A DNA stretch of 64,000 nucleotides from Bigelowiella natans CCMP2755 (lineage: Eukaryota > Protista > Cercozoa), in NCBI GenBank assembly GCA_000320545.1, contig ADNK01001596.1:65633-129632 (forward strand), read 5' to 3'. The notes under the pieces are model-generated. The model was not told the origin of the DNA. It made no database searches and saw nothing but the letters and a program-made list of their open reading frames with translations. Position 1 is the stretch's first letter; the number at the start of each line of letters is the position of its first letter. Position numbers and translations under genes: made by a program. Shown one piece after another: positions 44,536 to 56,716 of the stretch.

Positions 44536-46242
44536 TTAACCGCAACATCCAACAGCCTCGACATGACTCTCTGCAGGAGAAGAATTCCTGGAAACAACAT
44601 CTCGGCTAGTGAGTTTTGGAGACTTAATTATGGTTGTAGCTATTCCGGACTCGAGGTTAAAGTCCAGATTATGTGAAACTAGAATAGGTCTCAGATTGAG
44701 ACTTGGCTTCCAATGAATCTGTGCCGTGATCTCGAATGTCCCCCATCCTATTCGCGAGAGCTCGAAGTTTTTGGACTCTGCTGCAGAGACTGTGACTTTG
44801 TTGGGTGAGAATGTAGGGTGGAGGAAGTATGTGACTTTATCTGCCACTTGGTTAAGCTTCGCTTCGCCTGCAGCCGATTTAAGAAAGAGCGTCCATTTGA
44901 AGTTAGAGTTTCCAGCCCTTGACACGGTGTTGCCAAAGCGGATTCCGGACTTGAGAATAGCAATAGCAGCTTTTTCTTCAGTAGTTTGCTGTGCTTCCTT
45001 TCTCTTCTTTTTTGCCGCCTCCTCAACAGCCTCTTGGCGTGCTTTCGCCTCTGCTTTGAGCTTCTTGTTGGAGTCCTCCAAGCGTTTCGCAGCCTGAACG
45101 TAGTAAGAACTAACGTATTTCGGGATCTTATGGATGGGGACAGAATCTCTTGGTATCCACACAGGCACAGGATCTATTGAAATGCCAAGCTGCTCCATAA
45201 GAGCCTCGAATACGGGATCTGTCTTACCCCATATGCGCAGGTCGCATTTCCTATCGTCCGGTGTCTGTTGGAGGTTGATAATGACGGTTCTCTTTGCGAG
45301 AAAGGGGAAGTGGGTAATATGGCGTAGCGACATCGAGGTCCCCGCAACGATAACAAGGTCCGCCTTCCTACAATGCTTGTCAGCCTCGTTCCAATCCATA
45401 TCGTCCAGGCACTCGCCGAAGTTGATGTGAGTGTCCTTCGTACCTACCCGCTCGTCGCGTGTACCGATCAGGTGGTTGTCCCTGTAGTCTCCATCAGATC
45501 CCGTGTTATTAGAGATGGGGCGTCCAGTGTATGAGGAAGGCGGCTTGCTTTTGCACCTTTGGCACTGGCCAATGTGGTGATCATGCACATGAATTCGCGA
45601 GCGTCGGGTGTAGTAGTTGCGTTCGAAGTCATAGCCGCAGCCTGTGCACCTCTCAGCATAAACGCTACCGTGAAGGTTGCAAATTTGTGTATGTGCCTTC
45701 AGGCCCGACTTTCTATGAATTCCATCAAGGTTTGTTGTCACAATGTAATGCGCGATCTTCTTACGAATGAGTGTGGACATAGCCATGTGGGTGGGAGTCG
45801 GTCGCGCGTCGATCATCGGGACGGACTTTTGTTTGCCTTTCTTCTCACTTTCTGCAAGAAGTTTATTAAGCTCAGCCCTATCCTTCGGCGAAATGACGTT
45901 CCGTGCCTTGAGTCTTTGAAGCTCGCGAATGCGACTCATCGTCCAAGCCCCAGTGGGCCCACGGTAATCTCCAATTCCTGCTGAAGTTGATACTCCAGCC
46001 CCCGTGTAAAAGACAGTGTATTTGGATTTGCGAACCCAGTTCGCAAGTGTCTTGATCTTGGCCTCTTGAGAGGATGATTGTTCCTGGATCTCTTGGATCC
46101 TGTCTGCATCTACTGTTGATGCCATGGTTGCGTTTGGTTTTTGATACGAGTAGCTTTTGGTTCTTGTCAGGTAGTTGTCTCTCCTCGGACCAGATTTGTT
46201 CAACGTCATGTCATTTTTTAGCAAGAAACAATCGATGATCAT
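44536..46242 (-). CDS. Class IV (SIRT6/7-like) sirtuin fused to a C-terminal YEATS domain (single exon; ATG likely at 46209 or 46125)
   Basis: 'YTGAGVSTSAGIGDYRG', 'TTNLDGIH', 'LHGSVYAERCTGC', 'CQRC', 'GTSM', 'INLQQTPDD'; YEATS 'FGNT..KWTLF..KVTYFLHPTF.P..V...FELSRIGWGTFEI...IHW...HNLDF'. Confidence 0.93.
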   Translation of the reverse strand: MIIDCFLLKNDMTLNKSGPRRDNYLTRTKSYSYQKPNATMASTVDADRIQEIQEQSSSQEAKIKTLANWVRKSKYTVFYTGAGVSTSAGIGDYRGPTGAWTMSRIRELQRLKARNVISPKDRAELNKLLAESEKKGKQKSVPMIDARPTPTHMAMSTLIRKKIAHYIVTTNLDGIHRKSGLKAHTQICNLHGSVYAERCTGCGYDFERNYYTRRSRIHVHDHHIGQCQRCKSKPPSSYTGRPISNNTGSDGDYRDNHLIGTRDERVGTKDTHINFGECLDDMDWNEADKHCRKADLVIVAGTSMSLRHITHFPFLAKRTVIINLQQTPDDRKCDLRIWGKTDPVFEALMEQLGISIDPVPVWIPRDSVPIHKIPKYVSSYYVQAAKRLEDSNKKLKAEAKARQEAVEEAAKKKRKEAQQTTEEKAAIAILKSGIRFGNTVSRAGNSNFKWTLFLKSAAGEAKLNQVADKVTYFLHPTFSPNKVTVSAAESKNFELSRIGWGTFEITAQIHWKPSLNLRPILVSHNLDFNLESGIATTIIKSPKLTSRDVVSRNSSPAESHVEAVGCCG

Positions 46243-46654
46243 TGTCGCATGTAAGGATACCAGCCAATTTCACTACTCTAAGATAGGCTTCGACCTCTCC
46301 AGGAAATTTCTGAGAGGAGAAATATCTGTTTTGTTCCTACGACATGATTATCATCTTGTCGCTTGGTCTCCAAATCCTTACATTAGATTTTTCCTTCTCC
46401 TCCTTCCCCGTCATAATTCCATGGGCTGGGAATGTTCCCAAAATGTCGTCACAAACTGGATTGCATTCGGTCCCATTTTGTGGGCAAACGCGATGTCGCA
46501 ATTTCAAAAAGCAGGGAAGATATTAGTTAGAGACTAAAGGAGAAATTTTTGAAAACCCCCTTGAACTTCTTGCATTCCCCGGCGATAGTCTTTGTCGTAG
46601 GTGATGTGACGAAAGATCGATCTTCTGTCGACGTCTCCTGCATCCATCCACCCA

Positions 46655-47726
46655 ATGGAGGGTCGTCGAGCCACATTTGTGTCGCAAACTCCAGCAGTTT
46701 TAAGTGGCGTGGCATTTGGTCTGGCCACAGCATGTGGAGGACTCATGGCGCTTGGGCTTTACTTGGGGCGAAAGAAGGTGATAGAACTAAAAGGTCTGAT
46801 TCCCCATCCTGAAGGACATGCTTCTACCTAGGTGGAGGATCTTGAAAAACAATCGAGGCAAACAAAGAGTGTGATTGACACTTTAAAAGGTAGAGAAGAG
46901 CTCGCTGATGGGAGAGGAAATTTTCCAATGGAAGTCGGTGCATTCGGATTTACTGAGTCAGGATCTTTATAAATCAGGAGAAATTGAGGCAATGAGGAGT
47001 ATCATGAAGGCCCCGCCACTTTCACACACCTCTAGCTCTCTCACCCCGGCTTCTATTTCGTAGGAATAATTACAGAGTTTCAGAATAAAGCAACACTCGT
47101 CACACACACCCGATGTGCATGGCATGAATCAATGAACTTATTCACGCAGGTTAGGCATGGACTTCAAACAGTCAAATGCTAATCCCAGCTTACCCTCCTC
47201 CAGCTCCTCTACAAGGGTACGATGCCCAAAAGCAATTTCGATGAAATTTCCCTGGTATGAAGTAGAAAACTTAGCCAAATATATAATGTACGCATAACAC
47301 TAGGTGTGGCGATTAGTCCTTACTGGAGGGCCCTGTGCAGGTGAGAGATATGATGGACGATGATAACAATTATATACAAACAATGGCAATGATGATGATG
47401 ATGGGGGTGGTGGTAGTGTCAGTGGTCTTGATGAAGGCACAAAATTTGGGGTGAATTGCTTTTTTGCAACACCCGCAACACTTGTGGTGTGCTTTCATCA
47501 GCAGATGCCGCATCTTTCATGGCAAACGTATGGCAATATAGCAATAGATGTCACATCGTGTATTAGGCCTCAGTAAGTAAAACCATCGTCGATGGACACT
47601 AAAAGCGATTTTACTTTGTGCTTTCTCCAGGAAAATCAACCGCTTTAGCTCGTGTGAAGAGCTTCTTACAAAGCAGAGGGTTGGGGATCATTCGCACGCC
47701 AAACGCCCCTAGTGTTCTTCCTCCTC

Positions 47727-47761
<35 letters not shown>

Positions 47762-48113
47762 CTAACTCCTCCTCATCATGGTTAGGTACTTTGTGGCTAC
47801 GGTGTCTGAAGCTGCGACATTCCTTCATAACAACGGTTGGCAATGTGGCATGTTCCTCGTGCACACACACGCGCGCGCGCGCACGCGCAGACACACACAC
47901 ACAGCAAAAACTGAAAAACAAGCTGGTTTAGTGAAATGATGCAGCAATCTCTCCCTTTTGTTAGGCGTCAGCTTCTATCCAAAATCCCCCGATATGTTCC
48001 AAAAGTGTGTCACTACGATGCAGCGGGTACTACTAAAGATGATAAGGAGTGCAATGTCGACTACGAGCAGAGTCGCTGATACATCAACAACATTTATATT
48101 CAATTAAAATATA

Positions 48114-48151
<38 letters not shown>

Positions 48152-48277
48152 ATATATTATTGATAGATGTGTAAAGTATATATACAATTATATGAGTATG
48201 TGTGTGCACTAAGAAAGTCCCCTTGATTTGTTCTTTGGGTTAGGACCACGAGAGGAGAATCTTTAAGTCGCACCAAC

Positions 48278-48316
<39 letters not shown>

Positions 48317-48400
48317 ACGCATACACTCACACACAAGTGAATAAAAATGCACAGAAATATGAGCACATGTAAACAATACTTTTTAAGAAATATAATGTAT

Positions 48401-48435
<35 letters not shown>

Positions 48436-48480
48436 TTACGTACAAAATCGCGAATAATAGCTCTCACACTTCTGAAATTT

Positions 48481-48516
<36 letters not shown>

Positions 48517-48591
48517 TATTTGGTCGATGACAGCTATTGCCAGGAAATGGCTGTTAGAGAGAACATCCAGGTAGTAGGTTGATATGTAAAC

Positions 48592-48628
<37 letters not shown>

Positions 48629-48771
48629 AGATTTTTCCTTTCAAAGGGCAAAAAGAGGCACTAGAGCAGTCATTCTTGAATGTCCGTAATTTGCCATGAC
48701 ACTGCTGTCTAATGGCTCGATTCTACCATAGGCTGTTATGCTCTTTGATCGAGGAATTCAGGTAGAAGACA

Positions 48772-48802
<31 letters not shown>

Positions 48803-49000
48803 GAAGGAGAAGCGGGAGAAGTAGAAATCTGCAGGAAAGAAAGACATTCACACCCGCTCCCTCCTTTCTCCCCCCCTCTCAGGATGGACGCAGTTACTAT
48901 GATGAAAAGGGTTGGCAGACTGTGCTGGGGAAAATTGGCTTTCCCACCGATATCGTGAGTCGTCGCCGCGAGAGGGAGAGCGCGAGGGAAGCAGATATAT

Positions 49001-49050
<50 letters not shown>

Positions 49051-49799
49051 GCTGAGGAATGAGAAGATAGCTGAGGTACCTACAATATCAACAACTAGGG
49101 CTGTCCGAACCTGATGAACCCCAAGTTGATAGGAGAGCAGTAGCAAGCACCACCTCAGTACATGTAGATAGTAGCTGTGCTTATGCTTAATTCTCGTCGT
49201 TACAGCAACCGATTCTGATCTATACACTCCTCTATATCACTCCTCTTCCTTCCTTCGCTCTTCTTCCTCTTCTTCTTCTTCTTCTTTCCCCCACCCCCTC
49301 CCTGCTACACTTTGTTGCATGCCTTTGCGCCATATCAGGACATGATAATGAAACGATACGACGCTGTATTCCACCTAGTTACTGCAGCTGACGGTCTGTC
49401 TATCTGCTTGTCTGCTCTGACATGAAGGAGAGAGGGGAGGGTGGGGGGGGAGATGGAGGAGATGGGGGGTTTGTATCAGCGAGAAGTCCTTTCACACATC
49501 TCAACGTGGTGCATGAGAGTGACGTTGCTTAAATAGGAGCTCAGAAGTTTTACACGAAGACAGGAGAGGATGGAAAGCAGGTAATGATGATGATGATGAG
49601 GATGATGATGATGATATCTATGTTGATCTACTCTTTCCTCTCCTATTGATGTATTGCTATCATCATCATTGGAAATATGTAGGTGCGGCACGAAGAGCCA
49701 GATCAGGTTTGTCGTTCATTATCACACGCGCAACCATGATGTTGCTAACGATGATGAGGATGTTATTATTGAGGATATGGCTTGGTCTAAGTCTTCTTT

Positions 49800-49834
<35 letters not shown>

Positions 49835-50698
49835 CTACAGGCTAAAGATCTCGATCGGAAGCTACAGAAAGCATGGTAGCTATCCTCTGTTGTCGTAAAG
49901 AAACCGCATTGACCCAGATTTCACCAACAAAAATATAAAGATGCCGAGAGAGAGGGGAGGGGGGGGGATAAATAGAACTCTATTCTGGTGGATTCGAAAG
50001 AGATCTATGATCTTGGCTCTAAAGCGGTCTCTCATGCTTTCTTCATCGATCCCTATATAGGAGCTCTCACCCTAAACACTACGTCTTCAAGAATAATGGG
50101 ACTTTCGAGGACAAACTGGAGAAGATGGTAAAGATGTTAATCTTCCCTCAAGTAGTATCACCATCCCTGCCATATCAGCATCGTTGATGAGCTTGTTCAC
50201 CCTTTCTCTCGATAGATTTCCTTTGAGAGTGGAAATCTTGCTCTTACTCTGTGTGTTTGCCCATGCTGTTTGGTTCCTGCTCCCATAGATCTCGCAGATG
50301 TGCAAGTTGCTTGGTATTATTCGTTGGCATGCACTCCCTCCCGCCGTCGTGTCCTTTCATGATTCTGGACACCATTAGCTTTCCGACTCTTTTCCAACAA
50401 AAAAGAGGGGGGGGGGGGGGGAGAGAGAGAGAGAGAGAGAAAAAGAGAGAGACTACCACGCTCAAACGTTGCTCTGCTCACATGACTATTCACTATAACC
50501 ATGTCTTCCGCTATTATAGGTGTACCGCACACGAAGAAAAAACCCAGAAAGTTCCTTCTGAAGTCGATGCCAAGGGTGAGTATCCTGCACTAATTTTCAC
50601 GAGGAAAGGAGGGGGGGGGGGGGGGAGAGTAAAGGTTAGGGAAATAGGGTAGAGGCATTTTAATCGGGAGGGGGAAGTTGGAGAGAGAGAAAGAGAGA

Positions 50699-50732
<34 letters not shown>

Positions 50733-50998
50733 GGGGGAGGAGGGAGAGAGAGAATAGAGGGGGCTGAAATATACATAAATTGTTCATAATCAACACGGAT
50801 AAACCCCAAAACACTGGGTGTGTGCTCGTGCACGTGTATATGTATACATCATCATCATCATTGTCGTCGTTATCGTTATCGTCGTTGTTTAGTCGTTTCC
50901 AGCTGTAGGATTGGATAACATGTCCACGGCAACTTTCACGAAGACTTATATCAAGTATATCTTTTATCTTCCTCCCCCCCTACTCTCCCTCTCTCTCG

Positions 50999-51038
<40 letters not shown>

Positions 51039-51060
51039 CACACTAGCATATAGTTGTGTG

Positions 51061-51091
<31 letters not shown>

Positions 51092-51216
51092 ATATCTCTT
51101 GCCTCCTTGTAAGGCCCCCAGAGCAGAAGAATATGAAGAACGTACAGAAGCATGATCCTCAGCCATTCATGTTTGTCAGGGAAAGGTCAATTCTTTTGTT
51201 AGTTTCACATAGCTAT

Positions 51217-51290
<74 letters not shown>

Positions 51291-51675
51291 GCGGATTGAT
51301 TAGGACGCAGCAAGCGATAGGAGATGCAACGGAAAAGCGATCTCTCAGTAAGATGAGCTATCAGCAAAGAGAGTGATGAGAAGAAAAGCAGCGCCGACAC
51401 AATGAATAACAGAGCACGTTGGACATCAAAACCACGCAATCAACACAAAATGAGACGAATGAAAAGTAGCAAACACGAAGTGAATACTGCTCGTGTATTC
51501 ACCATCATGTTTTCTTCCCCCCCCCCCTGCTGCTGCTTCTCTTTCTTCTTCTTCCTTTCCCCCTCCCTAAGATATTCGGTCATACATCCTCAAAACTGTC
51601 TCAACCAAGGTAGAGCTGTGTGTGTGTGTGTGTGTGTGTGTGTTGATTCTCCTTCTGATTTAATCTCTTCACTGT

Positions 51676-51725
<50 letters not shown>

Positions 51726-51841
51726 TGTGTGCTGTGTGTCAGGGCGCACAAGAGATTGAAAGCACTCGCAACCTTTCGAGAAGAGAGGTAGGCCTCGAAT
51801 CACACTAAATCTGATTACTCATTATAATGCGATTAAGTCAC

Positions 51842-51879
<38 letters not shown>

Positions 51880-52261
51880 GTGTGTGTGTGTATGTGTGTG
51901 TGTGTGTGTGTGTATAAAACAATACACTAGCAATGCCCAATAGCATTTATTGGATGTACTGATAAATAACACTCATTCTTTTTCTCCCCCCCCCTCCCTG
52001 TCTCCCCTTGGTTCCACCATTTTGCTGCTGCTGGGCACTCTCAATCATCATCATCATCGGTCTCATCATCGTCATCGGCAGTACGAGGACTATTTGCGCT
52101 TTGAAGACCCGGAGAGATTCCGAATCAAACAGCGACGTATTCATTGCTCATGCACACACGCTGCAGCACTACTGCATGTTGTCCGCTAATATTATAGCCT
52201 ACTGACGTAAGCATTCTTTTAGGTGTGCAATTCTCGTATAAAGATCAGTTTTATGAGGTTT

Positions 52262-52301
<40 letters not shown>

Positions 52302-52377
52302 TTTACTTTTACCAGCATGTGCATGCACACTCTCGCTCGTGCGCTCGCATATGATGTGTAGATATCTGACCTCGTGA

Positions 52378-52415
<38 letters not shown>

Positions 52416-52573
52416 TGTGAGTGTGGTTTTCATCTTCACCTCCTGATTTCCACCACCAAACATGCTACAGATTGTAGAGTATTTGGAACCGAAGAGGATT
52501 CCACCGCTGTTGCTACTCAATGTGCATCAGGTCACAAATAAGGAGTCAGCCTCTCTTCTTCTTCCTCTTCTCT

Positions 52574-52616
<43 letters not shown>

Positions 52617-52950
52617 TGTGTGTGTTTGTGGTACTTGCCACTAACTCCACATACACTGAATAAATGGTTCAGAATAAGGACGAAAAGCTCGCTATCGTCG
52701 ATATCCCCGACTTTCTGTCCGTGAAAGGTGCGTTGTGCTATGCTTGCTGCGCTCCACTTCGCATCATATCCAAACCAAGCTTTCTGCTAAATCCATACAC
52801 GTCTCTTTTGCGCCTCTGGTTGTGTTGTTATTTCTATTCGTAATGTGTTGTCCGCCATCAACTCGCAGAGGACGTCACGTTGCAGTCCACGTACTCAGCG
52901 CACATGATTTCGAAGAGAAACCTGCAAGATACCTCGGTACTCTACCTTGA
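46655..52950 (+). CDS. TTD14-like P-loop NTPase (AAA_28/NadR-type) with N-terminal TM anchor (many small exons)
   Basis: 'VWRLVLTGGPCAG|KSTAL', 'AVMLFDRG', 'RYDAVFHLVTAADG', 'AKDLDRKLQKAW', 'HPKHYVFKN'; N-terminal hydrophobic 'AVLSGVAFGLATACGGLMALGLYLG'. Confidence 0.75.
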
Positions 52951-53095
52951 CACATTTCCATCCATCCTGCCAAACGATATTTATCACAACGCTCAAAAGA
53001 GCAATACATAATTATTATAATAAAACACAATAGAAGCAAAGCTGCACACCACAAATATTCTCACCGACTTAACAGGGAATAATAACATAATATTC

Positions 53096-53172
<77 letters not shown>

Positions 53173-53253
53173 CACCTATATTGTAAATTTTATAATATTT
53201 AGTTGCATACATTTTGCTTTTGTGTTATTGTTTGGTTGTTTGTGATACAATAT

Positions 53254-53291
<38 letters not shown>

Positions 53292-53968
53292 ATTAATTGA
53301 CAGCCTATGATTCCACCACTCGCTCGATCGATGACCGCCTCATGATCCCTGCAAATATGCAGCATACACTACGATAGATGCACTGCATAGATTTGAGATG
53401 GGAAATCGTATGAATCGATACTGTTTTTCTGTGTATCATCTTCTTGTTATTCGAGTCGACTACGAGGTGACAGTAGGCCTGTTGCGCGAGCAACACCCGT
53501 CGCCTCGAAATGGCATGTTTGCTGCATGTAATCCATTACGAGTACGTGAGTGAATCTATCTGCTGCTGAAAGTGCACTGCACTCATATACGCGCGCACGT
53601 TTTGCGCCATGACGACATGCAAAGTACACCTGTGACTCACATGAAATCGCGATGCGATCATCACGTTGCGTACATGAACTAGCGCTGTAAAAACGCCACT
53701 GATGTAATCGAGACAAAGAGAACACAACAGTATTAATAATTCTGCTGCTCATATCCGCGCCTGCATATTTCTTTGTTTTTTTTATTGCAATCTATCTAGC
53801 TCTAGAGCTATCTGCACCTTATTACACATGCTAACAGCTAACAGGCTCACTCGAGAGGCGTACATCATTGCCTATTGCATGCACGAATTCAGATGTTGGC
53901 TCTACTTGCTACTACATGTTTGCATATAACATACAATCAGAGCCTCATGCATGCATGATGGCTGTACA

Positions 53969-54526
53969 TTATGTCCTCCTTCTCGTCATCGTTAAGCACC
54001 AGGGAGCCAGGCAGAATGTCGTACCTAACAGGGCAGTCACGCCCAAACATGCATTCAAAGCCCGTCCTTCCCGTGCGTGCACCGCCCAAGTTGCGCCGAG
54101 CGCGAAAGGGAATGTAGCCCATGCAACACGCCAGGATGGGTTGAGCATCCTGAACGAAAGAAAAGCGTATCTGTGAGTCTTCTTATCAGACTTTCATGCG
54201 ATGAAAGGCAAAGCGATTTAGGTGTCAACCTTTGGGAGGAGCAGAGGAGGCAAACGTAGGGGGAGAGAATCATCAAAGAGTGCATCATTCGTGTCCACCC
54301 TGGTCCTAGCCGCGTGGCTAGCGTCTCCTGTTTTTGTGTGTGAAACGGCGAAACGAATCAGCTTTACTTTCACCCGTGGGTTGGTTCTTTGCCGCTGTCG
54401 CTCCACAGCAATAACCACACCTTATTCACTTTTCTGTCGCTCGGAATGTCCCGCAAGTTGTTGACAACCAAGATAGCGCTCACCTACACCAGGGATGGGG
54501 GAGCAATGCGTTCGTGTCGGGCGTGG

Positions 54527-54595
<69 letters not shown>

Positions 54596-56076
54596 CGAGG
54601 ATTAGGTTGCGGTTTCTACCAGTGATCCAGCGATGAAGGAGGGCAAAATCACTCGACAGAGCAGCGTAAAGTCCATATTCCCCCCGCTCTGAAGGTCGCG
54701 GTAGTAGTGAGGAGGAGGGATTCTTCTAATTCACGGTTTTGTCTTGTTTTGATTATTTCGCTATCATTTCATCTACCACCTGCACGAGCACTGTACCGAG
54801 TACCGAACCTGATCATCAATTGTCAGTGGTGATTCACTACGATATCATGTGGTAGTAGTAGTAGTGGTAGTAGGCCCTAGGGAAAACGATGGAAAGCGCA
54901 GCACATCCCCCTCCTCCTGCTCCGCATGTGTTTTTATTCTTTGCTTTGTACGGAAATAGATGTATAAAGCTTCAAACCTGGGCCGAATAAAAGGAAGACA
55001 GCCACCTCGCCCAACCCTGAAATTATTAAATACTGATCTTACACTCGATTCCAACAAAAGCTCTTCAATGTGCAAGTCGAAAGTTGTTGTCTTCGCCAAC
55101 CCATATATGCGAGCGATCTTTTCCCCGTCGTGTACCTACGTTTAAAAGAAGACAATAATACACACCGTCGCCACAAACAACGAATCCTGAATATGTGCTT
55201 ATATTCGGTATTGTGGAATGCTGTATCACCATATGGCTCCTGCCACGCCGATGAGGCCTAGACACAGAACGCCGATTCCTATCGAGAGCATTTCCATCGT
55301 GTCGGCGCATGCTCATAAAATCGAGTTATTATCATTTACCTCCCCTAAGGCACAGGGGAACAGCGAGCACCACTTCGAACCTCAGGATGGCGTCAATCGC
55401 CTTCTTGATCTTCCGATAATGAGCATATTCTTAATTAGTTACGAAAGCCGCTCGCTCATCAACCGAGGAAAAAATGTGAATTAGTACTTCTTCGGGGGTT
55501 ATCCATCCCATGGCGATGACTCGTGGAGGGCCTAGTCGCTCAGACTCATCATCTGTGTCAGAGTAAGTAAGTAGGTAATAATAATAATAATCATAATACC
55601 AATAAGCGTTCGTTTGTTTTCGTTGTGCAAATCTATTAATAACAAAAACTCTTTGATGGTAACAACCGGCTCCTTTTTTGTAGTCCCCGTAGTCGTTAAC
55701 CAGATTTGCCACTATCTGAGCGAGGTGGGAGGCGGTGGGTGAGCGAGTGTGGGAGAATGGTAGCGAGGATATGATGGCTGCCTGCCGCATATCTAGTTTC
55801 CTTTCCTGTCGCACTACCTGTAGCGTGGCCAGCGCAACGAACGTCAGAGCCAACCATCCAAAGTCTACCTGGTAATCATCGGAGAAATCATGGGAAGGGA
55901 AATGCAGCGATGATGGATGTACGGAATGAACGCACACGCTGGTCAGGAGATTCAAATGCCAGAGCTCCAGCTGCGATTGAGGTGATAGAAGCTAGGAGAG
56001 TAGGAGGCCGAAGCGCTGCGATCCACCGTCCAATAGGTCCAGGAGGTTTGGCCTGGGCCTTGGCCTTGGGAGCCAT
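53969..56076 (-). CDS. menA: 1,4-dihydroxy-2-naphthoate prenyltransferase (UbiA superfamily, MenA type)
   Basis: 'WIAALRPPTL', 'QIVANLVNDYGDYKKG', 'ERLGPPR', 'ILVVNNLRDIPSDRKVNK', 'EGRALNACLGVT'. The 3' end is approximate. Confidence 0.87.
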
Positions 56077-56716
56077 CGCTCTCTCACCAAACCAATCGCT
56101 CTCTCACCAAACCAACGGCGGCCGAAGGCGATGCACGCTTCTTCCGGTCTGTGTGACGCAATGAAAACACCATTGTTTTTTTTACCTGCGACAAGCCTCA
56201 TTCATATGTCGCAAGACGTATATCGTCCGCGTTCTCGAGAATCTGATCATCATCCTGGCATGAAATTCAGGAAGTTTCCGGGCTGATCCAGCAGTCAGCA
56301 CAGGAGTCTTAACCGCGGCTCCATTTTAGGAGTATTTGTCTCTGTTGGATATGTGCGACAATGTCATATTGTTGTCGCAATGAAGAAAATGTCTTCTGTT
56401 TCTCAACCGTGCTCCCAGCTGAGGCTAAAGTGAAGGGGAGGGGCTCGAGACGGAGTCGTTGGGCTGAGAGAAGAAACCCCATTGGGAAAGAGAGGTGATT
56501 TTGCGTATGGCTAGCAAGCAAGCATGCATGTTTCGCGATTGACTTCTCATAGCCTGAACTTAAAAAGCAACGTTTCGGAGAGTAGAAAAAAGGGAGAGGG
56601 GGATGGAGACGATTCGATCAAATTATTATTATTATAGATGCCTCTCCAATGTGCTTATTTCATCAAAGTAGGGAGTATTTGGTAACGGTATATCTATCTC
56701 TTCATCAGCGTGATTT

